Below, in pieces: positions 1-13,125 of a DNA stretch of 64,000 nucleotides (positions are counted from its first letter, which is position 1; each line of letters begins with the position of its first letter). A program made the translations under genes and the position numbers. The notes below the pieces were generated by a model, which saw only the letters and a program-made list of their open reading frames with translations, ran no database searches and had not been told where the DNA came from. Source of the DNA: Callorhinchus milii (lineage: Eukaryota); assembly GCF_018977255.1 (NCBI RefSeq), contig NW_024704743.1:90956001-91020000 (forward strand). The letters run 5' to 3'.

Positions 1-1230
1 TTACTGACACAGGATACGCATTTTACAAGCCATGAGTACATATACAGAAAAAAACTATATTCTGATTAAAAGATAGAACCTTGTAAAAATACTGCATGTA
101 TTTTTACCAATATGCATCTAGTACAGCTCATAGAATGGGATAAAAAAGCAGTGTAAATAGTAATTATAATAATCTATATGGAATTTCATAAGGCATATTT
201 GATGTCGGGAAGATGTTCAAAGTGCTTCACAAGATTTGCGATAAAGTTTGGTGACTGTGTATTTGTAAGCACATAGCCAATTTTTCCACACAGCAAAGCC
301 CCTCAAATAACCATAAAGTTTTACCTGGGGCACTGAAAACGTTACCAAAAAGTATTAGTTTTACTTAAAAGTGAACTAAATCAACAACAAGAAAATTACA
401 TTTGTAACGTGCCTTTCACGTCGTGAAAGGCGCTATACAAATGTAATCTTGTTGTTGTATTGACGAGCAGCTTATTTCAAATGCTGTACAGTTCCCAAAA
501 TAATCATAAAGCAGCAGAGGGACCATTAGATGAGTGCAACCACCACAGATTTAAAAAGAAATTGAAGACAAATTCATTCACCTTTCATGAACAAAAGAGG
601 GAGTTCAATTATTTTTAAAAAAAATACACATCTTTTACCAGCTCTCACTGAGGAGCTATCGAGAAATGGACGATAGAGATGCTCTTTTGATGTTACAGCC
701 AGTGAAGCTTCATTCAGCAGCTGGCTTGGCCTTACCTAAGATCAAAGTTGAAGAGCAGAGTGGATAAAACAATAAAAGTGCTGCATTTTCAAGAGCTATG
801 ATCAATGGGCTGGTCAATGTATTGTACCCCTAAATATTGACCTCACTTGTCTAATTTATTGACAACTGAGGTCAGTATTTAGACAAGCAATATAACCAGG
901 AATTCTAATATGAATATGATGCCAACCACTGAATATCAGATGAGAAGACACATACCTTCATGAAGCTTGGTGAAAATCTAACAATACTGAGTTGTTTGGA
1001 TACAAAGGTTTACAGGCCAAGGGCAAGAGTGTGCTTGTATTTGAGTTGGCATAAACTATCATCCTGAAAAATATTGGATTACATAAAGTGATTAATCTAC
1101 CTGGTTGAAACAGAAGGAAACACAGAATGTTTTGTAATGTGATTTCACGCTCAACCACCATGTTAAAACAGGTAAATGCCCTCAGTCAAGACAAAGTAGT
1201 TTTGTTTGTGTTATCCATTTCAACCAATAT

Positions 1231-1479
1231 AGGGCGAAACCTTGGGCAAGTTTCCTTACTCCACACGCCTAATAATTATCCCTCCAAAAACCCCAAACAA
1301 TAATAAATTGGTCATTTTCAATCTACGACTGTTTGTGGGAAATTGCTGTGCGCAATTGGCTGCCGCGTTCGCCCACAAATATACAGTCAATTCACTTTAC
1401 AGTGTGTTCTGTGAAGCGCTTTGGGACTTCCTCGTGACGTGAAAAGCGCTATATCAAATGCAAGGATTATTATTATTAT
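1231..1479 (+). mobile_element. 5'-truncated tRNA-derived Deu-type SINE
   Basis: Body and (ATT)n tail match the full copies. Confidence 0.9.
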
Positions 1480-1898
1480 ATAGTTAAACTGCACTAGGAA
1501 AATTACAGGCACTCTCATGGCATCTCAGTCATACACCTGTTTGCTAATAGCACTTGTAGCCCACTCAATCCATGACTGTTTGTGGGACACTGCTGTTCGC
1601 AATTGTCCCCCGCGTTTCACCCACAAAATATACAGTCAATTCACTTTACTGCTTATGCTGTGAAGCGCTTTGAGACATCTAGAAGATTTGATAAGGCGCT
1701 ATATCAAATGCAAGTATGATTGTTATTATTCGGTATACTGTGGGCCTGCACCAGACCAAGAAGTATGGTACACCCAATCTCTGGCACTATCTAGCCGACT
1801 GCCCACCCTATTAAATAACTGCTTTTGGGATTGTCATGTTACCTCTGAAGTCACTTCCTCCACTCAGTACATGCCTGCTGTATTCACAGAGGTTGCAT

Positions 1899-2990
1899 AT
1901 GCTCCCCCTCGGTGACATCATCCGCAGACATGGAGTTAACTTCCACATGTATGTGGATGACACCCAACTCTACCTTTCCTCCTCTACTCTCAACTCCACG
2001 ACCACCGATGTCCTGACAGTCTGCCTGTCCGACATCGAGTCCTGGACGAGAGACAACTTTCTTCAGCTCAACGTGCGAAAAACCGAGGCCCTCCTGATTG
2101 GCTCACGTCAGCGCCTCCGCACCTCAGGCGCTGACACCATCAGCATCCAAGGCTGCACTCTCCACCTCTCAAAGCCGGTCAGGAACCTCGGCGTTTTGTT
2201 CGACCCTGAGCTGTCCTTTCTCCCTCACATCCGCACCACAACTGGCACCGCCTTCCATCACCTCCGGAATGTCGCCAGACTACGGCACTACCTCACCCCT
2301 CACGCTGCTGAAACCCTGGTCCACGCCTTTGTCACCTCAAGGCTGGACTATGGGAACTCTCTCCTCGCCGGCCTTCCCGCCACCTCCCTCCACAAGCTGC
2401 AGGTCATTCAGAACTCTGCAGCTCGTGTACTGTCCCGCACCAGGCTTCGGGACCACATCACTCCCACCCTCACTCGCCTCCACTGGCTCCCCATCCCCCA
2501 GAGGATCGAATTCAAGATCCTCATCCTCACCTACAAGGCCATTCACGGCCTTGCTCCCTCCTACCTCTCCAACCTACTATCCCCCTACCTACCTGCCCAT
2601 ACCCTCCGTTCCTCTGGCTCCGGTCTGCTCCACGTCCCCCGCCCCAACCGCCCTACCATCGGTGGTCGGGCCTTCAGCCTCTCAGCCCCGAGGCTCTGGA
2701 ACTCCATCCCCCAGTGCCTTCGCTGCTTCCTCCCTTTCCTCCTTCAAGGCCGGTCTCAAAACCTTTCTCTTTGACCGTGCCTTCAGCTCCCCTCTCGACT
2801 CTCTTCCCCCTCCTCGCTCCCTCCCTTCCCTCCCCTCACCCTGACCATTTCCCCCCTCCTCGCTCCCTCCCTTCCCTCCCCTCACCCTGACCATTTCCCC
2901 CCTGCTCGGGTCATGACCCAACTGTGCAGCGCCTTGGGACGTCCTCCTGACGTGAAAGGGCTTTATAAATGGAATCTTGTTGTTGTTGTA
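1899..2990 (+). mobile_element. 5'-truncated L2 LINE (RT C-terminus, 3' UTR, (TTG)n tail)
   Basis: [33 protein letters not shown] motifs in a long open frame; 3' stem-loop and ttgttgttg tail. Confidence 0.95.
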
Positions 2991-5339
2991 AAGCTCTATT
3001 AGTATGGTGCTCCACAACACTAGGATAAACATCAGTAGCATAGAGGTTCATGACAGCAATTTTTCATACAGCAGATGCTTGACCTTGATTTGTGTAAGAA
3101 GGGTTCAATTGGAGGTTAGATACCATTTCTTTAAAGCTTCACAGTTGTAAGCGATCAATATTCTATTTTTATCTCAATTCGGTTGATTCCGATCTTGACT
3201 GTGACCAGCTATGCTTAAGGTGGGCACCCAGGAATTCAGGTAGTTGTCTTGATGTTCTAAACACCCTGGATATCGGATCCACTACAACTGTACAATTTAT
3301 ACTTGTATATAATGCCTTTCACTTCAGGAGTACATCCCAAAGTGGACCTGTGCTCAACTGAAAGAGAGGTTCATTTTGAGGTGTACCTTGATAGAGGGAG
3401 GCAGCAAGTTGGAAGGACCTGGCAATTGATTTCCAGAGGCAAAGGCTGAAAGCCTGTCCTCCAATGAAGCAAATAGGGCAGAGGATACAGAGTAGGTCGG
3501 TGTTAGCCGAGCGAAGAGAACAGGTGAGTTGGTATGGGTGAAGGAGGTTGCAGAGGAAGGATGAGTGAAACCATGGAGTGAGTTACATGTGAGAATGAGA
3601 ATCTTGAACTCGTTCTACTGGGGAACGAGGAGATAATGGAGCTGAGCTAGGATTGAAAAGTTAATTTAAAAAACTATCCATAGTAAGTTAGAATGTCAAT
3701 TTTGACTTGAAACAATTGCAGTGTAAAGTAAGGGCATTAGCCATTGAACCACTGGGCAAGTCCCACATCATTCTCAATGTCTAAATTAATGAAACTGGGA
3801 TAAAAATAGAATGTTTGTCCTTTAGGGAGAGATCTAAGGAAATAGTATCCAACCTACAATTATGCCTTTTGACAGCACAAACAAAGATCAACCATTTGCA
3901 GTACAGAAAATTGCTGCCATGAACCTCTGCCCTATTCCACTGTGTGCTGGGGCAGCAACAGAGACAGAACTTACAAAAAGCAACCACTGCTGAACACAAA
4001 CCAAACACACTTGCTTCACAATTCTTATTTCACGTCAATAAAACATCAGTTTAGATAGGTAGCCTGTGGACCAGTGGAGTGATAGGATGCTGTTCTGTTT
4101 CACAATTCTTCACAAAAGGCATCCGTGTCAGATGGAATACATTTAAAAAGTGGTTATTGAGAGCAAGACCTTAACATTTCAAAGAGAACTGGAAAAACAA
4201 TTGAAGAGTCAGAACACTAAAGAAGGAAAGAGTAGGGAAGTGGAATTACAGAAGTTAACTCTAACAGTCAAGTTATCCGCATTTTAGAGTTAATTGATTG
4301 GGGGCCTGCGTATAGTAAATTCAACCTAACCAGGATCACAAAAACTCAAGATTGAGCACTTGACACTTGGTTCAAGAAGCAAATGTAGGAATAACGCAGT
4401 CGGAGTGTAATAACATTAGCAGTGACAGTTATGGCTGACAAACAAACATATCTAAGTTTAAGGAGAGCAATGCAATTTTAAAGCAGTGCTTATCGAATAG
4501 TACAATTATTCTATCTCCAGCAATATAACTAATCCTAAATTAAAGTTGCCCATCCAGTATAGTCAAAACAATAAGGTATTTAACACTCTCAATAGGCAAA
4601 GTGCAATAATTTATTGTTAGAAAAATCTTTTTAAAAAAATACTCGGTGATATCACTGACTGCCACTCAATATCCAATCACATCCTGTCAGGACTTGAACT
4701 AAACAATTATTTTTAATGTTTCAAGTGCCATTTTAATGTTTCATGAATTTACTGAGCTTGAAAGCTAGCTAAAGGTTGTTTATTTAATTGCAAATCATAT
4801 TTTGTATTAGGCATTATTTCTCAATTTCACAGACAATGATATTCAGCAAATGCCAAGAATTTTGCTTTGATCTCTCCTTTCAATTTTATACACACTGGAG
4901 TGAAATGTAATATTTATAAAGCTTTTTTTTCCTTTACAAACTACTCAGATTGTCTTACAATGAAGTATGATGCAAGGCACACCAACTGCAGCCAGCTATC
5001 TAGTCATATAGCTGTCCTAATGCAATCAAAAGATGAATTAGATTTTCAGTTGCATGACAACCATATAACAAATGTATGATGACAAATACCTCATAACAGA
5101 ACGGAAATGATTTTCCACTCTTTCATCTTGGCTCTTTGGACAAATAAAGCCATTTTACAGAAATTATTGATGAAACAAACTGGATATGAAGTTTTTACTT
5201 ATTAAGATTAATACATAAAGAACCAACACAGACACGATAGACTAATGCACTCCTTCAGTGCTCTACGATTCTCTTATTCGAATGTATTCTGAATATGCTG
5301 CCGCATGTGAAGGGTGCTATCTAAATGCAAGTTATTATT

Positions 5340-6060
5340 GCATAAAAGCATAGAAATCTACAGTGGAGAAAGAAGAAATTTGGCCCAACGAGCCTGCACC
5401 AGGTACAGAGCAAGGAGATAGCTTCAATCCCACTGTGCTGCCTTATCCCCATACCTCTTCAAGCCCCTCGCTATCAAATGTCTGTCTACTTTCCTCTTGA
5501 AAGCTATGATGGACTCAGCCTCCTCTACCCTACTCAGCAGGGCATTCCATATCCCAATTACTCTCTGGGTGAAAGAATTCCTCCCAAATTCTTTTACTCT
5601 TCTTACTGACATCTTATAATTACATCTCTTAGTAAATGACTCCCCTACCAATGGAAATAATTTCTTTCTATTTACCTTAACAAAACCCCTCATGATTTTG
5701 TACACCTCAATCAGGACCCCTGTGAACTTTCCCTGCTCTACTAAAAAGCAGGCCCAGCTTCTCCAATCTATCCTCATAATTGTAATCCTTCACCCCCTCG
5801 AAAACTCCTCTGCACCTCCTCCAAAGCCCTAACATCCTTCCTGAAGTGAGGTGCCCAGAACTAGATGCAATACACCAGTTGTGTCCTAATCAATGATTTA
5901 TACAAACAGCATAAATTCTTTTGTATTCTATGCCTCTGTGTATAAAACCCAGCATACAATTAGCCCTCTTCACAGCCATTTGTGATGGCATTTTCAATGG
6001 CTTATGTACCTGCACTCCCAAATCCCATTGTTCCTCAGTTCCCTGTGAGTTATTGATTCT
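5340..6060 (-). mobile_element. Degraded CR1 LINE 3' fragment
   Basis: LIEVYKIMRG, FTQRVIGIWNAL motifs of the CR1 ORF2 C-terminus. Confidence 0.85.
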
Positions 6061-6338
6061 ATTTCCTGCTTAATTTTCACTGTAGTTTGTGTACATTGGA
6101 GTTTTTTCCCCAACTTTATATTTAAATGCTTCCTTGTAACTTAATTGCCCCTGAACGTCATAAAGAAAATGCAAATCATCATTTACTTGGACACTAATAA
6201 AAAGTTGAGAATCACAGAATCATGCTAACAGCGCAGGAGGCCATTTGGCTCATCACAGCTGTGCTGACGCTAACTCACTCCTCCACTTGGTTCCACTTTC
6301 CTCAAACCTAAAGATATTAAATTCTTCACCGTATACTA

Positions 6339-6635
<297 letters not shown>

Positions 6636-7044
6636 CTAATTAGTTATAGAATTTTTTTGACCCCAAGAAATGCATTCACTATGAATTTCCAACATACAAA
6701 ATTATTCAAGGAATGAGGTTGTTGTGAACCTTTTTTTGGTAGTGGGGGGGGGGGGGGGGGGGGGTGGGGGGAGAATAAATATTGTCTCAGGGCTCCTCAA
6801 AGCATATTGGCAGTCCAAAAAAATATATTTCTTTCAGATCCAAACCAAGGCTTTCTTGACCACTAATATCTAATCTCTGAGAGAACACATTAGGACTTCA
6901 TCTCGTTCCTTTCTAGCTGCAGCGATTGTAAATACACGAGGTGGGAACTAAGGGTAATTACTGTCAAATACAATGAATGTTGCTGCAATCAAATATGGCA
7001 GCCAGATGTGCCAAAAAGGTCTAGAGATGGTTTGTCTTAGATTA

Positions 7045-8386
7045 TCATAGAATCATAGAATTATACAATTATACATCACAGAAGGAGGCCATTCAACCCA
7101 TTGTGTCTGATAGCTCTTTGAAAAGAGCTATCCAAATCAATCCCACTCCCCAGCTCTCTCCCCATAGCCCTGCAAACTTGTCCTCTCCAAATAATTATCT
7201 ACATCTCTGTTAAAAGTTGTTATCGAATCAGCTTCCACTCTTTCAGCCAATGCATTCCACATCTTGCTGTGTGAAAAAATTTCTCGGCAACTATTTTAAT
7301 TCAGTGTCCTCGGGTTACCGACCCATCCTCCAGTGGAAATAGTTTATCCTTGTTCAGCCTATCGAATCCCCTCATAATTTTGAAAACTTCTATTAATTCT
7401 CCTCTTAACCTCCTCTGCTCCAAGGAGAATAATCCTAGCTTCTCTAGCCTCTCCTGATAACTGAAGTCCCTCATTCCTGGTACCATCCTGGTAAATCTCC
7501 TTTGCACCCTCTCCAATGCCTTGACATCCTTCCTAAAGTGTGGGGACCAGAACTGAACACAGTCTCCAGCTGAGGCCGAACCAGTGGTTTATAAAGGTTC
7601 ATCATAACTTCCTGACTTTTGTATCCTATGCGCCTATTTATAAAGCCTTGTATCCCATCTGTTTTTTTAACAGCTGTATCTACCTGTTCTGCCACCTTCA
7701 AAGATTTACTTATATGAGCCCTCAGGTCTCTCTGTTCCTTCACCCCCTTTAAGATTCTGCCATATGGCCTCTCCTCAATCTTCCTCCCAAAATGCATCAC
7801 TTTGCATTTCTCTGCATTAAATTTTATCTGCCACGTCTCTGCCCATTTTACCAGTCGGTCTAAGTCTTCTTGCAATCTGCTACTATCCTCCTCACCGTTT
7901 GCTACTTTTCTTAGCTTAGTATCATCTGCAAACTTGGAAATCGTACTCCCTATACCCAAGTCCGGGTCATTTATATGGATCAAAAACAGCAGTGGTCCCA
8001 ATACCGACCCCTGGAGGACACCACTGCACTTCCTCCAGTCAGAAAAACAACAGTTCACCATCACTCTCTACTTTCTCTCTCCCAGTCGGGTCTGTATCCA
8101 TGCTGCCACCGTCCCTTTCTCCCTTGGGCTTCTATTTTGCTTACAAGTCTCTTATGTGGCACTTTATCAAACTTCTTTCAAAAATCCATATAAACTATAT
8201 CAACTGCACTACCTTCTTCCACACTCTCTTCATCAACAAACTCTATCAGGTTTGTTAGTCATGATTTACCATTAATAAATCCATGTTGGCTGTCCTTTAT
8301 TAACCCAGATTTTTCTAAGTGAAAATTTATTTTGTCTCGGATTATAGTCTCTAGAAGTTTATTTTGTCCCGGATTATAGTCTCTAG
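7045..8386 (-). mobile_element. 5'-truncated CR1 LINE (RT + 3' tail)
   Basis: [30 protein letters not shown] motifs; (catagaat)n tail at 7045-7060. Confidence 0.93.
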
Positions 8387-10955
8387 TAGACCTCAAGTCT
8401 CGATGTTGGGTTTGAACCCATAATCTTATGACCTTTATACTTTTCCAACTAGTTACTGCCGGAATAAATGACTTGATTATTAAACCAAAACTGTACTAGT
8501 GTGGGTATTGTTCAAAGCTAATCGGCTTTATTTGAATTGCTGCCTTCATGAATCGTAACAATGCTGACTTTTTATTTTGCCTTTCGGCAATTTTTTTGAC
8601 TACATTTGTTTGTTTCATAGGAAGATCGATAGTCAAATAATAAATGAATGAAAACAAACAAGCGTCGCTGTAAATAAAAATCTTCATTAGCAGAGATATA
8701 TATTAAGTGTTTTGAAGAGTAACCTTTCAATGAGCTACTAGAACCAGAAACCTTGTGCAAGGCAAACAAGATTGATTACTGCGCAAAAGATCTAAATGCA
8801 AGTGCGCTGCACTTTATATCTCACAACGCTTCTTCAGCTTCCAGGAAACATTTCAATGTGTACCAGTTTGCAAAAGGAACTGTTTGTCAGGAAACCACTT
8901 GCCATTTGTTATGCAGACAATGCGTTGGGGGAATCTGAGGGGATTGCTATTGTAAAGGGCAGACATATCGTCATCTATCTCTGGTCACGAGTTTTGCTGG
9001 TCAGACTTTTTAATTTTACACTCTAATGACATAGAAATCACAGTTAGCAGTTTTGCAAATATTGCAAATTACATGTAAGAAACAATTAGCTTCTCCCAGT
9101 GGCTGTTTGGGCAAAGTATCAGAGGATGGTTAAAGGCCATGGAACCATATCACAGGAAGAAACAGCATTCTGATGAGTCTACAAGTTAATAGGAGAGTGA
9201 ACACATTTTAAAAGTAAAATTTTACTTTCCAAGAAATGTCACTTTTCTTTACGATTCCCTAGGTTTTATAAAACGCTACAGGGAATCTTGGCATGATCCA
9301 GCTCAATGTATATTAAGATGAATAAATAATATACACTTGATACAACATCTTTCACATCGGGATTTTTCTGTGAAGTTACTGTGCAATCGTTGGCAAATGT
9401 GGCAGCCAATTTGCACACAACAATGTCCACCTGAAATTCATCGATTTACTGCTCAGTCCTCACATCCCAGTGGCCAAGCCTTCATCAACAATGCATAACT
9501 CTGTCCTCTAGAGCTCACTTCCAAATCTCTTTGACTTTGCTTTCTCTTTCGCAGTATTCAAGAGCCTCTTAAAAACACGTCCGTTTGACTGTCAGCTGTG
9601 AAGCCCTGTGCGACGTCCTCCCAACATGAAAGGAGCTATATAAATGTAACTTGCTGTAAAAATAAACTATACTCTTGTATAGTTGGGGTGGAAAGAGGGA
9701 AGTGATTGGATACTTTGAAAAGAAAGCACCTGTATTTCCTTTAGATTTGGTTTCCCCCTTAAGGTCCTCTATCACAAGCAAGGCATCAATAGCTCTCCAT
9801 GCCCCTTTGTTCCACTGAAGGAAGAGTAATTGATCTTGAAGATATATCCACATTAGAACAGGTTGTTTTAGATTTCTAGAGTAGATAGGTTATAGATTAC
9901 ATGCTCTGTTGCTCTGAAGATTACATGCGACATGCTCTATTACTCTGAAGCCAGTTATATTACAGGAATAGCATTTGTATTCAAAGCAGATATGCAAGGT
10001 TTTACTATGTAAAGGTAGTCAATTGTCATAGATTCTAGGACAGGGTAAAGTGAAGATTGCTTTGGCTGCAGAGGCAGAAGCTTGCTTGCAATTAGACTGA
10101 ATCTGAACACATCTCTTTGACCCCAGCAGTAGTTTTATTTGTTTTTATATGAGTGATGTAAGAAAATGTGGCTTTGAAAAAGAAATGTACAAGCCTCACT
10201 TATTCACTCACAATTTCAGTATTTTATAAACTTAAATACTGTATTTCAGCAGCAAACACCGCCAGGTGTACCATGGCTGAATACAGCATAATACTTCTAT
10301 TCTACCTGCACAAAATGCCATAATACCAATCTGAAAAGAATACTCTCTACTGAATAATAAATTAGTCATTCACTTCATGGCTGTTTGTGGAACAATTATG
10401 TGTGTAACTGGCTTTCACATTTGTCATATCTATAACTCCTCATCCCTGTATACTACATGTACCTGTTTACTACTACATCTTCTCCCACAAAATACACTCA
10501 ATTCACTTTACAATATATCCCAATGACGTGATAAGGCGCTATATCAAATGCAAGGATTATTATTAAGTGGACCTCCACTGTATCCTTTCAATTCTCTGTA
10601 ATTAACCCAATATTTCAAATGCAGGTTAGACAATATCTTGTGTAAATTCAACACAAATGAATACTACTTTTGTATTCAATGTAGAAACCCCAGAATCCCA
10701 TTTGACTTTGTTACAGCTTTCAGAGATGGATTTTCAACTTTTTACTCATTGTTAATAAAAAGTACAGAATGTCAACTAAAATTTGTATTCAACAACCTGC
10801 TAAGATTGTTCTCATCATTTTAGGACACACAAGCTCAAAAAAGATTTGATGCAAGAGCCAGCTATAAATCAGAAAATATATTGAAAGATAGTACCTTCCC
10901 TCCAGTAACTCTTCCGGGAGAAACATTAAACTTATTTCCACATTTTCCTTTCCTT

Positions 10956-11272
10956 GTACTGTAACTCAGTGGTTAGAGCACTCGCTGTATTCAATACAAG
11001 TGAGAGACCTGAGTTCAATTCCAGGCAGAGGGCGAAACCTTGGGCAAGTTTCCTTACTCCACACAGAGCCTAACAATAATTCCTCCAAAAAAAAAAAAAA
11101 AAATTGGTCATTTTCAATCTACGACTGTTTGTGGGACATTGCTGTGCACAATTGGCTGCCGCGTTCGCCCACAAATATAGTCAATTCAGTTTACAGTGTG
11201 TTCTGTGAAGCGCTTTGGGACGTCCTCCCGACGTGAAAAGCGATATATCAAATGCAAGGATTATTATTATTA
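10956..11272 (+). mobile_element. Full-length tRNA-derived SINE (variant anticodon arm)
   Basis: A box taactcagtgg, B box gagttcaattcc, Deu-like core ctgtttgtgggacattgctgtg...ttggctgccgcgtt, L2-like tail, (ATT)n. Confidence 0.93.
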
Positions 11273-12367
11273 GAGAGGGAGTGGTTAGCTTGATTGTGAT
11301 TGCTACAGCTCTGAGATCAATTTACTTGACTTCTGGTTTCTTGACTGCTGTGAATACCAAAACCAGGGAGCCAAGAAATGTAGCAAAATAATTTTGATGG
11401 AAAGTAAAGTTAGACAACTAGTGAGCATATGTACAAAAGACTAATTCTTTAAATAAACTCTCTTGAATATGTATATGTAATTTAATTAATATTTAGATTT
11501 AATGTCACCAATCTGTTCAGTTGAGGACAAGTAAAGCTGTAGGTTAAGTAATGAGTGACAAGTGAATGTTGATCTCTTGAGCACTACATTCAATCAATTA
11601 CTCTTACTCTTTCACCATTATGTGAATGACCATGTAAATGTACCTAAATATTTAAAATCTGAGTGTACTTTGATGGCTTGTATTATTCAATTCATCAATC
11701 AAATAATTGCTTGCTGTTTTATCACACACTTGCTTACTCTGAAGTGGTTTCTGTCAGTCGTATCACTGCATATCAAGGAAACTAATGTATTGTTCTCAGG
11801 TAGAAAGGCCCCAGATTATAGAAAACTTGACATTAAATTAACAGATCTTCGTAGAAACATGTTCTTCATATTAAATGTGTCTGACAAAGTCAGATTCAGG
11901 AGCTACTGAAACAAATCCAAGCTATTTTTAACAAATATTTTCCACTTGTGGACTGTCAGTTTTGGATCTTAAATTGATGCTATTTCAAGAGTGTGTGTAT
12001 AAAGAGATCAGGTTTTTAAAATCCATTTAAGGCTCCAGTTTCAGCATTGTAAAGTACTAAGCAATTCAGTCGAGACCTTTGGTAATTATATAGTGTTCGT
12101 AAATTATCAATGCTCCAGCACTATTTATATTTTAAAAATTGTATCAAAATGATCTTGACCTGAATGATGAAATTGGCATTCGTATAACACAGTGTCCTGT
12201 AATTAAATTGCCCTTCCCCATACTTTATTTTTAGTCTGGGTTAAAGTATAAAATATTGCACTACTTTAAAATAGGAATTTGCTTCAATTCCTGTGGCTTT
12301 GCATGGCAGGGTGAATTCTGTTGAGATCTATTGTTTCCTGTATTAATTCCAGATACTTAGTACTTAA

Positions 12368-12678
12368 GAGTCCTGTAGCTCAGTGGTTAGAGCACTCGCC
12401 TTGCAAGTGAGAGACCTGGGTTCGATTCCCGACAGGGCGAAACCTTGGGCAAGTTTCCTTACTCCATACGCCTGATAATAATCCCTCAAAGGAAAAAAAT
12501 AATAAATTGGTCACCCCAATCCAGAACTGTTTGTGGGACACTGCTATGCGTAATTGGATGCTGCAATTCGCCCTCAAATATACAATCAATTCACTTTACA
12601 GTAAATTCTGTGAAGCGGTTTGAGACATCTAGAAGACATGAAAAGCGCTATATCAAATGCAAGTATTATTATTATTAT
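12368..12678 (+). mobile_element. Full-length tRNA(Ala)-derived SINE
   Basis: gagtcctgtagctcagtggttagagcactcgccTTGCAagtgag...ggttcgattccc head; same body and tail. Confidence 0.93.
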
Positions 12679-13125
12679 ACTTGCAAGAATTAACTGTAAG
12701 TGTCCTCCGAGCATTTGAACTCTGAATTTCTGCCTTACATGGATAAGGCAAATAAGTAGGATTATTCGGAACCTAATTCAGAGAGAGATGATCAACAATT
12801 TATTACACCTTTCAAAGTTCAAAGGTTTAACCATTGTAGTATAAAATGCATCTCTGTGTAGAAGGTTTGGTAGGAAGTGTTAAAACCGTGAGATCGAGTT
12901 GCCGGATCACCACAATAGAGAAATTTTTCCGTTATTTATGGAGAGAGTGGTTTGCTGGCTTGTGAGTGCAGTTTACATTCCTCAAAAGCTGCACTGGTAC
13001 TAAGTACCAGGGGATGCCTTAAGGTTGTGGGTACCTTGTTAGATGGCCTCGCACAACAGTTTCGTGACTATTGGGCAAGGCTGTCCATTGTGGGAGATTG
13101 GAACATGTCAAAACCAGAACTTTAA

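Noticed and set aside
1836..2774. 312-aa RT-like ORF as a domesticated gene
   Set aside because: It is a 5'-truncated L2 with an intact retrotransposon tail and a 3' frameshift; openness reflects young age.
6744..6771. Poly-G run (also 18107-18131)
   Set aside because: Simple homopolymers; G4-capable but unremarkable and of uncertain length.
12368..12440. Apparent tRNA-Ala(TGC) gene (also at other SINE heads)
   Set aside because: The acceptor stem does not close and each continues into a SINE body and tail.
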